A DNA stretch of 64,000 nucleotides, from the NCBI GenBank assembly GCA_964106915.2, contig OZ066915.1; one strand, written 5' to 3'. Shown piece by piece: positions 25,941-40,105 of the stretch (positions are counted from its first letter, which is position 1; every line of letters starts with the position of its first letter). The notes beneath the pieces were generated by a model. It was not told the DNA's origin and did not search any database. It saw only the letters and a program-made list of their open reading frames with translations. Both the position numbers and the translations under genes were made by a program. This DNA comes from Podarcis gaigeae. Lineage: Eukaryota.

Positions 25941-28684
25941 GTTAAATGCTAAGCACATGTTTTAGCATTATGTGTGATAAAATTAAGATTTTTCACTTCC
26001 AAACCTTTTAAAACATGGCCAACTGGGTTAAAACACCATAGAGTTTTGTTATTATATATTCAATTCTGATTTCCAGCATACCTTCTGAAAAGGGGAGAAT
26101 ACTGATGTAGGAAAGAGAGGTTTACAGTAACTATGTAACTTTTGGAGGGGGGGGGGGACCTGCTCTAGCTATTAGTCAAGGGAAATGGGGAAGCTTTGAG
26201 TCCTTCTTGCTAAGTACCTCATGAACTGAGGACAGGTTACACTTTGGTTACAACCCCCCCAGTGTGGTGCTATATGTTGAGCTTGTCAATATTTTCTATA
26301 TGCTGAAAAAAGAGAGGTGGAGGTGGAACAGCTCTCATGTCTTGCATTGTGCTTTTGGTAAGAGGAATTGTCATGGTGGTAGGAATTAGACTCCTATCGC
26401 ACCTCTAAATACAGATTATCCAGTTCCCACCAAAGGCCTGTTGCCTGTTGTGACACGGTTACCCCACAAGACGTTTGTCAAGGCCAGACCTTTGCTACAT
26501 GTAGGGAGTTTGTGGGAAATGATCTAACTGTGTGTTAAAAACCTGGAAAAAGAGAAACCAGCTGTCTGATTTTAAGCATGGTTTGGCACACAAGATGTTT
26601 TTGCAAAGCCTGTTATGAATTCCCCCCGCCCTGTGTGATGAAGCCGTAACTATTAGATGCTGCTTGATTAGATGCAACCAAGTTTCTCTGATGTTGCTGC
26701 TCCTATGATAATGATGATGGTGATGATGATTTCAATTTCTTGCCCACCATTCCAACAGGAGGTTCCAGAACGGGTTACCACAATTTAAAAATACAATACT
26801 GAAAACTGTTAAAGCAAATGACAAACAAAAGTTGCCAGTTAAACGACAGCTGTTGGTCAGAAAAGTAATACTAAGTTCTGGCACTGTAGAATGTCCTAAG
26901 ACTATTTGCTATGTATGCCTGTGTTTCTTTCAAAACATTTTCATTCTTTAGCATCTACAGAAGTGTGCAGAGTTTGCTTGTGCTTACAGAGATGCCAGGA
27001 TCTTCTGCAACCCTCACTTTGATTAGATTTCTCTCTCCCACCATATCATGTAGAAAGTTGATCATATGCTATCATATGATTTGTTTGTTTCGGTCCCTGT
27101 TTGGTCTATAATTTGCAGGACAATAATACAGCTGGAATGGTAGAGATATTAAGCAACCATACAATTGCTCTTGTCTTCACCAAACTATTCTGTTTTGTGG
27201 GTGGGAATATAGCCTGATCGTCAGGGAAATAAATCGTGATGGTTTTGTCCTCCTATAAGTGCTTCCAATGGAGATAACTTTGTGGTTACTGAAGGCAGCT
27301 TAAAGAGGATCCAGTTGGGTTCTGATGCTCTGGTTCAATCACATCTTGTCCAGAATCTGAATGCACAGGTGTAGTGATCCTCTTTGTTAAAGGCTTAAGC
27401 TTCATCTTCAGAGTGTCCTCCAGGAAACAGAGTCCTCTTTGTAGATAAAGGAACTTTAAGCTTCATGTCTTTTATCAGCCTTGCTAAAGACTAGCTGTGC
27501 TCTCCAGCTAGGAAGGCAGATGAGAAAGATGTTTTGCGGAAGAGGCTGGGGTCCGAGGAAGAAAAGAAACAAGAGACTATAAATACACTATGTCCTGGGA
27601 GAGGTGCGTCTGAAGAGAGAAATCCTCAGAGCTCAAATAACTAGATTTGCAGGAGGAAGAATTAATCAGTATGAATACAGGGCTATATCTAATGTGAGCT
27701 TATAGAAACAAGAGGAACTGCCAGAGTCTAATATCGGGTCTCTAAGGGTGGCCAGTCTCTAGCACTTCATGTGCAGATACTTTGGAGGAGTTAAGCCACA
27801 TTTTGTTTCCTTTAGGCAATTCAAATGTGTGCTTTTGGCACATAGCCAGAAAAATGCGGAGACATTGGAAATGTTCTATTTAAATACTGTGCTGGTGGTA
27901 TTTTTAAAAACCACATGTATACACTGTCCCATATAGTGTGCCTCAACTGCCTTTTTGGGGTAAGCTGTTCTCTTCTCGTGCCAGCTGCATGAAAAAGAAG
28001 GTGCAGGATAGACCAGCCCTATGTGGTAGCCCATCACAATTATGATGTTGTGTCCAGTACTTACTGGGAAGGAGGCTCAGAATGTCTCCATCCAAGCCAA
28101 AACTATGATACACATGGTGAGGGGCTTGGGTGCAACCTGAGCACAGTGCAAAATGAAAGAGGATACAGCGGAGTCCCATGGGGTTGCCTTTCATTTTCCC
28201 TTAGGAGCGGCACTGCCAGAATTGGAAACAACAACTTTCCAAGAGAAGTTGGTCAGGAAGGTGTGCTTCCAAGCAGGAAGCAGCCCATGAAGTTCCTCGT
28301 GCACCACTTTTCATCTGGCTCTGGGAGGTTCAGAGATGGGTGCGACCTGTGGGCTGCCCATTTGGCTATGCCTGTATTGGAACAGAAATAAATATGGGGA
28401 TTGGGGTGTGTGTTATTCAACAAGCAAGAAAGCGGAAGAATAGCCCCTGGGGGTGGGTTGGGATATAGGGATATCCGTATTTCCAGCAACCACATCAGGG
28501 AAAAGTAGCCAAAGAGAAGAGTAGCTTACTGTTTCTAAATTTAGGGATGGGGAAGTGGGGATGAAGATGCTGCATTTGAATGAAATAGATTTTTCTTACT
28601 AAGTTTTTATTAGGAATGTCAAATTCGTACATCACTGGGGACTGTGTGGCAGCAACAGGAGTTGGTGAAGGGGCTACTCAAGAC

Positions 28685-28941
28685 TAGAGATGGGAAGGCC
28701 TGGGGGGGACAGAAAAATTGGGGGGAAACCAGGTTTTTCCCCGCCCCCGTTTCCCCCCAAAGTTGCTTTTTTCCAGGAAAAATGAAAAAAACCTATTTGA
28801 TGTAGTTTGAATATTCCACACACCTACCCCCCCCCCCCATTTTCCCCTGGAAAAAACAGCTTTGGGGAAAAAAACAGGAAAAAACCTGGGTCTCCCCCCC
28901 CCCCAATTTTTCCACTTTTTCCCCAGGCCTTCCCATCTCTA
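28685..28941. mobile_element. Fold-back hAT (Ac-like) MITE
   Basis: 21-bp perfect TIR TAGAGATGGGAAGGCCTGGGG / CCCCAGGCCTTCCCATCTCTA; 8-bp TSD CTCAAGAC / CTCAAGGC (1 mismatch); interior loosely palindromic. Confidence 0.88.
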
Positions 28942-30394
28942 CTCAAGGCATTCTTGAGTCTCTGCTCAAACCTGCTACATTGTTGCATTTATTTATTTTT
29001 ATAAGAAAAATGCTTTTGAAATAGAGGCAGACATGGTATGCTTTGCAAGGTTTCCTGGCAAGTGAATAATGACTTCTTAACCATTCACATAATTTGCTAT
29101 CCCTGCCCTAAGATGTCTTGGTTACCATTAGGTTTTCCACCACTTTTTAAGAGTAGTAGAAAAGCTCCTTGCCTATATTCATTTTCTGTCCCTTGGATTT
29201 TGTAGTGATGCAGCTCAGCTGACAAACCCACAAACTTACAACTAAACAAGATGATTTAAAACCAGTCCTGTGATAACAATTGCTGAAGTCTCCCACTACC
29301 AAAAACAAAAAAACCCTCTCTGCCTGGATGAGATAATGCTGATATTGTTGTTGTTTTTTTAATCAGAGCATAAAATTAGTATGAACTGGCATCTTAGAGC
29401 CATACATATGATTTACATACTTCTTATATAAGATTTTTATGCTGATTTTTCATGGCTATCTGGGCAAAGGTCACAAGCAACACAAAGAATATCTTCTAGT
29501 CTGAAATGCATCACTTGTAAATGTTTAAGCAGGATAGAATTTAGATTCCATTTTTAATTGGGTTAATATCAACCCTCCACCCAATGTGAAAGATGTGTGT
29601 GCGAAATCCAAAAGCATTCAGGGGAGGGGTGGGCTTACCTCTAAACACCAGAGGTTCAAGCTTTTCCTTTTTTGAACAAGTAAGTAGGCTTTGTCACTGT
29701 TTCAAGGAAAGGATTGACTTCTCTACTGGCACTCCCTTTGAAATTTGGGACAAATGTCTCATGGGAATGATTCCATGTCACAATGTAGTGTTATATTCCC
29801 ATAAATGTTCTTGCATGCGGTGGGGGGAGATGGCTGTTCCCATTGGCCAAGTCACTCTAGAAAAACTACACTAGTACTTCAGAAAAACAACAACATATAT
29901 TTCCCAGCATACCTGGCATAGCAGTGTTCGGCCCTAACAGTGTTGGATTTGGAGGAGGGAGTAAAGGATTGGGCAAGAAAAAAGGGACAGGAGCTTGTGT
30001 TTTGATCTGTTACTGCTTTGGTTATGTTACTCTATAGCAGGGGTATGCAACATGGTGCCCTCCAAAATCATAGAAACATTGAATTGTAGAGTTGGAAGGG
30101 CCCTGAGGGCAATCTGCTCCAATACCTGCAGTGCTGTTGGACTTCAGTTCCCATCAGCATGGTCAATAGCAAGGGATCATGGCAACTGTAGTTCAATATC
30201 TGAATGATGCAACATCTGATACCCCTGTTTTATAGATTGTGCTTATAATAAATCTCCATGGGGCTATTGTTTCTGTTTGTTAGTATGCTATATATTTTTG
30301 TGTTTTTATGTTGTAAAGTATAATCCATCTTGTGATCTTTGGGTGAAGGACAGTATTCAAATTTAATCAATAAAATATTAAAATAATTAAAATA

Positions 30395-30581
30395 CAGTGG
30401 AACCTCGGGTTGTGTATGTGATCCGTGCGGGAGGCATGTTCGTAACCCGCAGCGTTTCATTGTTTCTGTGCATGCGCGAGCGCCGAAACCCGGAAGTAAC
30501 CCATTCTGGTACTTCTGGGTTTGGCGCGTCCATAACCTGAAAACGCACAACCCGCAGCGATTGCAACCCGAGGTATGACTG
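30395..30581. mobile_element. Tc1/mariner (Tigger-like) MITE
   Basis: TA TSD on both sides; TIRs CAGTGGAACCTCGGGTTG / CAACCCGAGGTATGACTG; CpG-rich. Confidence 0.85.
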
Positions 30582-33500
30582 TAAAATAAAAGATGTGTCA
30601 CACGACTTTTATGTTTATACTCAGGGGTGATGTTCTCAGTCCGCACATGGTGTTGCAGATTGGCTGGGACCATACTCTGCAGCATATTCAGCATAATTTT
30701 GCCCTGCTTTTTAGAGAGATGGACAAATCCCCAGCAAAGATAAGGAGAACTATCTATATTCTCACATCAACTGGGACAGCTTCTTGGACATCCGGGGGGT
30801 GGGGGGCGGGCAGGGGGGGAATGAAATGCATGCTAATTATGCTACCAGTTCCTGCTGCTAGTTCCTGGCACTAATTAAGGCTTCATCAGACCTTTCATCC
30901 TCCATCTATGAAAATTAATAGAAGAAAATACAATGATACTTATTGTTTCGTAAGTACCTAAAAATATCCCAAGGCAGTATCCAAAATGGTCCTACAGTGC
31001 CACATGTAAGGTATAATGAAACGCTACAGAAAAATAGTCTTAAAAGAAGCGCTGGAGATCCTTAAAACCCTCTACAGCAGAGCCATCTATGCAGATGCTT
31101 TTTCCATCAGTATGCATCATGTATGTAATTTTCCTTTCCAGTACAGCTGTCGTGTTTAACATATGCTTGTAAAAGTACTTGCCCCTTTCCTCTCTGAATT
31201 TTTTCCTTCTCTGGCTTGGCTTGTATATAGATATGTTGCTTCAGGCAACGCACTGCTCCCTCGCCCCTTCACAGAGTCTTTGTAGCACCCAATACGACAG
31301 AACCGAAAATTGCTTATATTGCTTATGTAAAATACTCGTATTATTCCCCCAGTGCTCTTACCTTCCTCTTGTGTCCTCATTCTTTCTTCCAAGTCAGCTT
31401 TCAAAGCTTTCTGCATCCCCTCCCTCTCCCATTTTACTTCCTTCCCTCTGCTTGTTTTCTTGCTTAGACTTCTCCTGGCTTATCTCGCCCCTGTGGATTC
31501 CTGTTTTGTTCATACTCCCCACCAGAGCACTGAAGTGCTCTCAGCTTCTAAAGCTGAAGATAAGGGTTCTTTTCCAGGCCATAGGAATATAAATGTAAGA
31601 GAGGCACATGGGGAGGGGGAGGTGGTGGTGGCGGCAGTGGTGGCAGCTCCACAGGCTACAGAAGCAGGGAAGCTGGAAGCTAACGTAGGACTATGTCCAA
31701 AGTATCCTGCCCTAGGTGGGCTATTTCCTTTGACTTCAGAATTCTTTCACTGAGTGGTGACAGAGTTGTGCTTGCGAAATGGTCAGTGGTTAAGTTGTGG
31801 GATTCTGCTAACTTCACAGTATCACTTGCCCATTGTTGGATAATGTAAATGTTCGCTGTAGCCTTAGCATAAAAGATTTCCTGCTTAAGGACATATGCCT
31901 CTTCTTTAGGCAGTTGGAGCTGCAACCCTACATAGACACACTAGGCAGTAAGTCCCATTGAAATCATTGAGTTGACATGTTTAAGATGACGCTCTAAATG
32001 CACTGTTTCAACTGAGGCTTCAAACTTTAGTCAGAGGCTGTGAATTAAGGGCACACTTGTGTATTTTCTGAGGCTGTTTCGGTCTTGGTTAGTTCCATTA
32101 TAACATGGAACAAAAATCAGTACTGAATTCACTTTTCTTTCAACCAGTGCTTTTTTAATGGGGTACTGAAGGGTACGCAGTACCTGCACCTCATTTTGTT
32201 GTTGTGGTACTTACTGTAACAACTTTATGGTGAGTACCAGCATCTGTTTTTCTGGGGGGGGGGGGAGACTTCTTTCAACACTGGGTGGTAGCTTTTGTTT
32301 GCACAACTGTTGATTGTTTTATACTTTCTACAAGAAGTTTGTGCAAAAACCTGGGATTTTATTAAAATTTATCGATGAAGATGCTTAGAAACAGCAGGTG
32401 CTTAGAAATCCTTTCATCTGTTGACAAGCTTGGTTTCAGTGCATGCAGCCCCTATAATTCTCATTGAGTCAGTCTACATGATCACCCATATTGTTGAATG
32501 GGGCAATTGTCAGATGACTACAGTCTCCACAGCCATTTTCCTTACTTTTTATGCAAGTAAGCCTTGGAGAAAAAGGTTGGATTCTTCTTGTGTTCTCAGT
32601 TGCAATGTGATACTTGGAACCTGAATGATACCATGGAGATGTGCTCTTTGCATTTGGTAGACAAATGAAAATTGATGGGGGCCATTCCGAACAGGCACTG
32701 AAATGAGATGCAAATTAATGAGCAGCAAAAGGGAGGACAGGAGAATCTGAAGAAAGAAACATGTATAGGATCAGGTGCCCAAGAAGCAGTTTTCTAGACT
32801 CCACATATAGTTTAGAGCCATAAAGCAGATAGAATGATTTTGTGAGGCACTCTAGAGCAATTCAGGAATCCCCTCAATGGCAGAGGAAGCCAAAACTACT
32901 GGAAGTAAAGTAGACTGAACAAAGCAGTTGCAGTATGACAGGATTCTCTGTGTCTGTGTCCCAACTGTGTAATTGAGGTTAGTGGGTCAAAAAAGCTTTT
33001 GCAAACCAGAGCACGTTGTAACTACCAGTGTGCAGTAATTCCTTCTGCAAAAAACAAATAAACACCCAGCTCCACAGAGGCAAAGTCCATTGCAGGACTT
33101 TTAAGGAGCAAACATCCCACAGCACCTACAGAAGTTATCTGTCAAATGCTTCTTCCCTTAAGTGGCCCTCTCCTCACAGTTGTAGGAATGGTTAGCTTCT
33201 GAAGATCTTGAACCCGTAATGAACAGGAATGGTATTTTGAGAGGAGATCCTGCTAGTTTAATTTCTTTTTCATGAAAGATACATAATTTGAACATTTTAA
33301 CTGCTACTTCTTTTTATCTGTTTCTACCATAGTGCTCAGTATGGAATGCCCATGGAAGCTTATTGATGCTATGTCATAATTTTGTAAATGATGCATCTTT
33401 CCCTTTATTTGTTAACACTCATTCCCACTAGATGGCATCATATCCTCCGCTTTCCCCAAAAATCCCATGAAGCTTTGGGAGTTTGGACTATTTCTACAGT

Positions 33501-34039
33501 GCTGCTCCAAAGAAACCACTCATGTTTGGAACAATGCCAAATTACATTAACCTGTCCTTGGGTTGGTGTGAGGATGAAGAATCATCATTAATTTGCAACA
33601 TTCCGGATCCGTGGAGGGCAATTTCCAATGCTATGAAACCTGTTTAATGATGGCAGAATGGAAAGAAACAAAAGTGGCCCTAATTGAATCAAAATATAGG
33701 CCCCAAAGCTCTAAAGGTGCTGCTGTCATTGTTGTTTATAGAGCATCTGAGATATAATAGTCAATTAAAAGTGGAAATTAAAACAGCTTGTCTATGCAGC
33801 TCACAATCCAAACAAACAATTTAATCATGACCTCGAGTACCATTTTGTGACTGAGGTGCAAAACCCTTCTTCAGTTTAGATTTGTCTGGCCAATAAAACC
33901 TCACAAACCCTTTGTTTAGCTTGGGATTCTTAGGGAGCAATCCAAAGCCAAGATTTGTCAGGATCAGCTGGGTTACTGGCTACTGTTAACAGAGTATACA
34001 GCTTCTGGCCATGATGACTATACTCTCTCTCTCTGGTTG

Positions 34040-34190
34040 GGGGCATACTAGTTCCAGGAGGCTGTAGGGTGGAGGTGGGGCGTGTTCTTGTGTTTGGGTC
34101 TTGCTTGAGAGTTTCCCACAGGCATCTTGGGTGGCCGCTGTGAGAATAGGATGCCATTGGCCTGGTCCAGAAGGCTTTTCTTACGGTCCT
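34040..34190 (+). mobile_element. CR1-type LINE 3'UTR fragment
   Basis: TTTCCCACAGGCATCTTGGGTGGCCGCTGTGAGAATAGGATG..CCATTGGCCTGGTCCAG...TTCTTA, the reverse complement of motifs in 12803-13075. Confidence 0.65.
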
Positions 34191-37100
34191 TGTTTATAAT
34201 GGACAAATGTCTGTCTGAGTCTCAGCTTAGCTTACCTGAGGCTGTGCTGACTGAAGTCCTTCATCCCAGCTCAGCAGAAGATGTGCTGGCACAAGTCCTC
34301 CATCTGGATAGCTCTGCTCCAGAGTTCATAACGGGTGGTTTATAAGGCCCTGCCATGCATTGAAAAAGACACAAAGGGGGTTATACAGCCATGCTTCCCC
34401 AGTCAATACCCATATGTTCTGGGTACATTTAAAGAGTTATCTGTGTGTGAAGGTACCCTGGCCACATTAGGGCCCCTCTACGCATGGAGGAACACCCAGC
34501 ACATGCATTGGTATGTGTGGAGAACTCCTTCCCACATTCTTTAAACATGTCTATTTCAGTGTGTGTGTTGCTTTACCAGGCAGCAGCATCAAGGGATGAG
34601 ATTAACCAGTGTGGTACCCTTCCCAGTTTTTGCTGCTCATTAATTTGCACCTTGTTACTGTAACTGTAAGGTTCATTCAGATTCTGGCCTTGCTTGCCTG
34701 TCAGAGACACAAGTAATGAAGTCCTTATGGGAACCAATGTTGAATGATCTGCGGATTGTACCTGCACTTAGGTGTTTATTGTCGTTTGAAGCAAGCATGG
34801 GTTTCAGCCTATTTTGACAGACACAAACCAAGTTTGAACAGGGGTGCATTTTCTCCTCTAGAGTTTAGTGTATTGTGAGAAAGGGCATTTCCTGTTTCCG
34901 CCATCAAGAACGATGTTTAGCCCGCAAGTAATGAGAGTAAATTGTGCTCACCCAAGGAAGAGAGAGTCTTGGAGCAGATGGTATCATGCTGCAAAACAAC
35001 CTGCCACTGAAACATAAACAGACAGCAGTGACATATGGATATAGGGGATAAACCCCTCAAACAGGCTGTAAAGCCTTGGCTGAAACAAGTTAGTCTCATA
35101 ACAGAAAACTGAAGAGCCTGCCTTCGTATTGTGCGCTGGATCTCACTGGATCCCTTTGAGGCGATAAACTGAGCTCAGAGTTGTTTTTCCTTTGAGCAGA
35201 GGCATGCTGTGCTCCAAGTTTGTTTGTTTTTACATTTATTTAAAAATATGATAAACTTTCAGAACAAATGACAGATATTAATTGGTGCAGCAGTGGTACC
35301 TGCATAGGACTACTGTCTGCTTAATGAGAGAGCCCCAACAGAAAGAGCTTCTCTTCATCATTTCAAAGATGGTAATATAGCTCTGAAGTCTAATTACCTC
35401 TGTATATGAAAGAGCTGACTGCATCTTTCTTCTTATCAGTAGGATATATCCTGTTTTTCACCTAGAATTATTCAGTCTTGTTGACTAAAGGGTATGACAG
35501 GGTTGAGATCATTTTGGTGCTGGGTGATGCATTTTCATTTTCACATGATTACCCTCTCAACCACATGAGGACCACGGTTGCATTAAGCCCAACCACATGG
35601 GTACAATTATTTCTTTATTATGGATTGTAGTCCATGCTAGCCCTACCCATTGATGTTAATAGGCATGACTAACTTAGCTTCATTAATTTCAGTGGGTCTG
35701 CTCTGAATAAAACTTGGCTGGATATAACCCTGTTTATATAGTGTTTCTAAAGTAGCATGCCCACAAAGCAGTTTACGATTATCTTTTTTCCCCTCTACAC
35801 CCAGATAAATTGAATGATTCCAAAGATTGTTGCCAGTTCTTGTGGAGATCTCCAGATATAGTATTAAAGTTGCATGTTAATCCTTCCGTGAGGCAGTAGC
35901 ATGCAGAGTTGAATGTGTGACAAATATGTTATTCATATTTTGAGGTGAACAAGTTGCCACCTCTTTCCCTGCAAAGAATGTGAGAATTCCAGTGATACTA
36001 ACAGAATCTTGGCATTAAGATCAGTAGTTTTGATATATGGCATAATGCTAGGTACCCCATAGGTATTTTTCATTGTTCAGGACACTGCTAGTTGAAACTT
36101 AACTTTAAGATTTTGTCTCTGTTATCCTTGCCTGATCCTCACCATAGATTTCTGTTCTCATGGGTGACATGAAGCTTGTTTTCTGGCTGCTTCAGATTTC
36201 CCTACTGGTCTGATGCTTAATCAAGGCACTATGCATTGGGGTTAACACTGGAAGAAAGCACTAGGTTCTTGGGTAGTTCTGAATGGAAAGGCAGAGTACA
36301 GACTAACCAAAATAAATAAAGTATATGTGAGACACAGATCCAGCCTTTTCTAATTACTGTTCATCTGTTGCCCCAGAGTTGGATGGTTCACTCTTTTTCC
36401 ATATTTACTCTTCTCGACTTGCCTGCTAAACCAGGCAATGACAGTCTTTATTCAAAATGATGCAACTTGAGTTGATAATAGAAATACAAGGAGTTGCCTC
36501 GTACCAAGACAGACGTGTTCACCATCTAGCCCAACATACTGTACTCCAGCTCTCCAGAGGTCATTCCATCACCTAAAATCTTTGGGCTCTTTCTGCATTT
36601 TAAGTATGTGCTCTTCCTTTGTGCTATGGTCTGTCATCAAATAGTCCAGTTATTCTGATATTTTTCTCTGGCGATAAGCACATCCGTTTCATATACATGG
36701 AATACATGGATTGCATTAGAAGTGTCTCAATACATTTATTTGTGTGTACCACTAAAATGGCTTTTTTTGGGGGGGGAGTGAATATGTGAATGAAACATGG
36801 AAATCATTTCCAGCAAGCAGCCTATTAATACTTTATGTGTGTTAGGCTATGAGAAGTTGCCATGAGTAGTTAATAGAGCATGAAACTCTAGAGCAAGAGG
36901 TTATTGGGTCACTTAGGTCCCAGAAGTAGATGTGGGAAAAGTGTGCTGCTGCTTTTTATTGGTGCTACAAGAGTATCACATACCTGCTTTTCTAGGCTTC
37001 GCACAACCAAGTTGGTGACACAAGCAGGTGTGGTGTGCATGTTTGATCAGAGCTGTGCTTGCTACATCCACAACTGGCAATTCAACTCATACTGATTTCA

Positions 37101-37199
37101 CCACCACAAAGCTACATAAAGTGGACTGGGCACATTAGCTGTGGGCTGAGTTGCAGTCAGGAGAAGCAGTCTTCTAGTTATTATTTTGTTGTTATAACA

Positions 37200-37850
37200 A
37201 AGAGGAAACCTGTCTAGCTATCCTGAATGACTGTGCCCTGGAACAGTGGGTCATGGAAGCAATCAGAGGGAGGCTGGTGACCTTGGATTTAATTTTAAAT
37301 GGGGTCCAGGACCTGCAACTGTTGTTGAACCGACTGGGAACAGTGTCCACAGCGCGAAAGGGATCCTGGAAGCTACAGGCCAATTAGCTTAGCATCTGTT
37401 CCACGAAAGCTGGTGGAAAGCATTTAACGATAGAATTAACAAGTATATAGAAGAACAGGTCTTACTGAAACAAATCCAGCATGACTTCTTCAAGGGTAAG
37501 TCCTGCCACACTGACCTTTAAGTGTTACGTATTTGGGAGAGTTTCAGAAAGCATACAGATAGAGGTGATCCGGTCAACACTGCGTAGTAAGACTGTCCAA
37601 AAGCTTGTGATAAAGCCCCTCACCAAAGACTCCTTGCTAAGATTAGCAGTCATGGGAGAAGAGGAGGGGTCCTCTTAATGGACAGTAACTGGTTAAGGAA
37701 CAGGAAGAGTAGGAGTAAACAGGAAGATCTCTCTCAATGGAGGGGGTATAAGAAATGAAGCCTTCCAACAGTTGGTATTGTGAGCTGTGCTCTATCATTT
37801 GTTCATGAATGGTCTAGTGTTAGGGATGAGCAGTGAGGTAATAAAGTTCC
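37200..37850 (+). mobile_element. Degenerate CR1 ORF2 fragment (endonuclease remnant + reverse-transcriptase region)
   Basis: Broken frames resembling LNDCALEQWV...LDLILNG, then QH.F.KGKSC.T.L, DRGDPV, K.PHQRLL.K.SSHG. Confidence 0.75.
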
Positions 37851-39990
37851 CCCACTACGTATTGGGGAAGGCAGTGAGACTATGTGATGACGATACAGCG
37901 AAGGGACAGGGACAGCTAGTGTGGCCTTAACTACCCCCCCCTTCACACAATTGTAATCACATTTGTTGTTGCTGTTATTTCGTTTCATTTATGAATCGCT
38001 TCTTATTAAGTATCTTGAAGCAATTTCACAGTGCAGTAGAAGCATGTATGAAACAAATTGCATGTATTGGAGCAGTTAAAACAATTGCTTATACAAAAAA
38101 CTATTTCATATCCAATACAGAGCAAAATACAGATAAAAATCTCCACTTAGAAGGCTTATTGAAAGAGGAAGGAGAATGCCCCAATAAGGGAGGTAGAGCC
38201 TGTCTGTCTGTCTCTCTTGTTTTTGTGTGGGAGAGGGAGAGATGAAGTTGTTTTGGGCTTAGCTGCAAAATCTTCTCCCACCACAATCAGGAAGAAGGCT
38301 ATTTTTGCCTTAATAGCAAAATGGTGAAATCTCTGTTTGTCTCTATACAACTGAAAAGGGAAGAGCTCCTGAATCCAACTTCTCCAGTGTGAACAGCTGG
38401 AGCCCCTAAGGAGAAGACTTTGCCAAAAGTTGCCTTGCTGTTCCCTGTTGGAGAAAAGGGGGTTGGTTAGATTGCTAACTTGTGTCTCAGCTGACATAGC
38501 CAATGAAGCTGGTGCTTCAAATACTGCACAGTTCAAAACGCAGCCCTTCTTAGTACTTGCTGAGCAGGACCTTAAGAACTGAGGAAATGATGTTCAAGGT
38601 CAGAAACTAGAGAAAATGGGAGATAAACAAGACATTGAAGGAGAAGACTGTATGTATCAGAACACCAGGAAAATACATGGATCAAAACTTGTGACCAGAG
38701 GGAAGGGAGGAACATGATACGCACACAAACAGTGTGAGTGGGTAGAAGAGGAAGTAAAAGAAGGGAGTTGCAGTATGTGGCTGCATAAGCATATGAAAGA
38801 CATTTACAGTCCCAAAATGTTAATCTGACTCAAGCGTTTGCTTGCTGTATAAATTTCCTATGAATTACTCGACTTTAAGACTCAAGGATTTTGCTTCCCG
38901 CAATGGAGGACTTTTGTTTTTCCTTCTATTCATTAAAACTGCCTTTCATGAATCCAAAAATAAAGCTCACAAAGTCTGTGATTCAAGCCACATGCAAATG
39001 GATGGCGAGGAAAGGATCCTGGCGTTGCCAAGTTAGGCGGAGAGGTCACAGGGGGTGCACATTTGACCACATGGAATGCATTATGGGGCCTAATGTGGGA
39101 GGAGGAGAAGGCGGTTGGCACAGGGATTAAGGAATGAGAGCGTTAAGCTGTGACGTTTGTAACGTTCTGTTTATGCAGGCGTAGGAGGCGGTGCCGCAGT
39201 CCTAGAGATGCTCTCATCTTTGATTCAGTAGTGACCTCAGCTGCTCCTGCATGGTGCTGAGGAGACAGTGCTGCAGGGTATGACATGGATGACCCAGTAG
39301 GGGACATTCAAATCTTTGACATTTCTCTCAGTTCCTCACTGTGGCTCTAAGGCAGGGGTGAGCAAAAGGTAGTACAGGATATTCTGGTAGATTTTCGGGT
39401 GATTTGAAGGTTTCTGACTCACCGTTGTTTAACAATAGTAACAATTCGTGTGTGGGAAGTGTTTGTTTATGGTACTCGGAACAAATTTCTTGGCTCGGGA
39501 TTCTCTAGTCCTAAGTGTGCATGCATTGTACCTGGCTCCATTTGGTGGATCTGGGAGTTCTAGTCCCACAAAATTCTAGTCTGCCCTGTATCCTCCTGGC
39601 TCCACATTGTGGCTCATCCTGAACGTTTTGCTGGGGAAAAACCTTGGGTGCTTTTAGAGAAATGCTTCTGGGCATCATAATGCTTATGGTATGGTATGTC
39701 CATATCCAAATACTTGCAAATCCACTCTTCAGCTCTGTAAAATCTTCTCTCCAACTGTGTTGGACAGCGCAAGCTTTTCATTTCTCATCTTTGTTTAGTG
39801 TTCCCATGTACTGTTAAGCTGTCCCTGCCTCCGTCTTGCTCGTGAAACGTTGCACTGGACTTGGGGATAAATGCTCTCAATATTTATTGTACATCCTGTA
39901 TCTTAAACAGCAACAGCAACAGAAGTATTGAATTGTTACATGGGATAGTTCTAGAAATATTTATGCTGATTTGACCTCTTTTTCTTGCAG

Positions 39991-40105
39991 TTGCCTGTCC
40001 TGTGTGAATGGATTCTTCCCTTGCCATTGGTGTAAATATCGTCATATTTGTACCCACAATGCCGCTGACTGTTCCTTTCTGGAAGGGCGTGTCAACATGT
40101 CTGAG
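39991..40105 (+). CDS. PLXNA1: PLXNA1 coding exon (~exon 9), PSI2 domain
   Basis: ttgcag|T ... GAG|gtaagt; 115 nt, phase 2/0; [38 protein letters not shown]. Confidence 0.96.
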
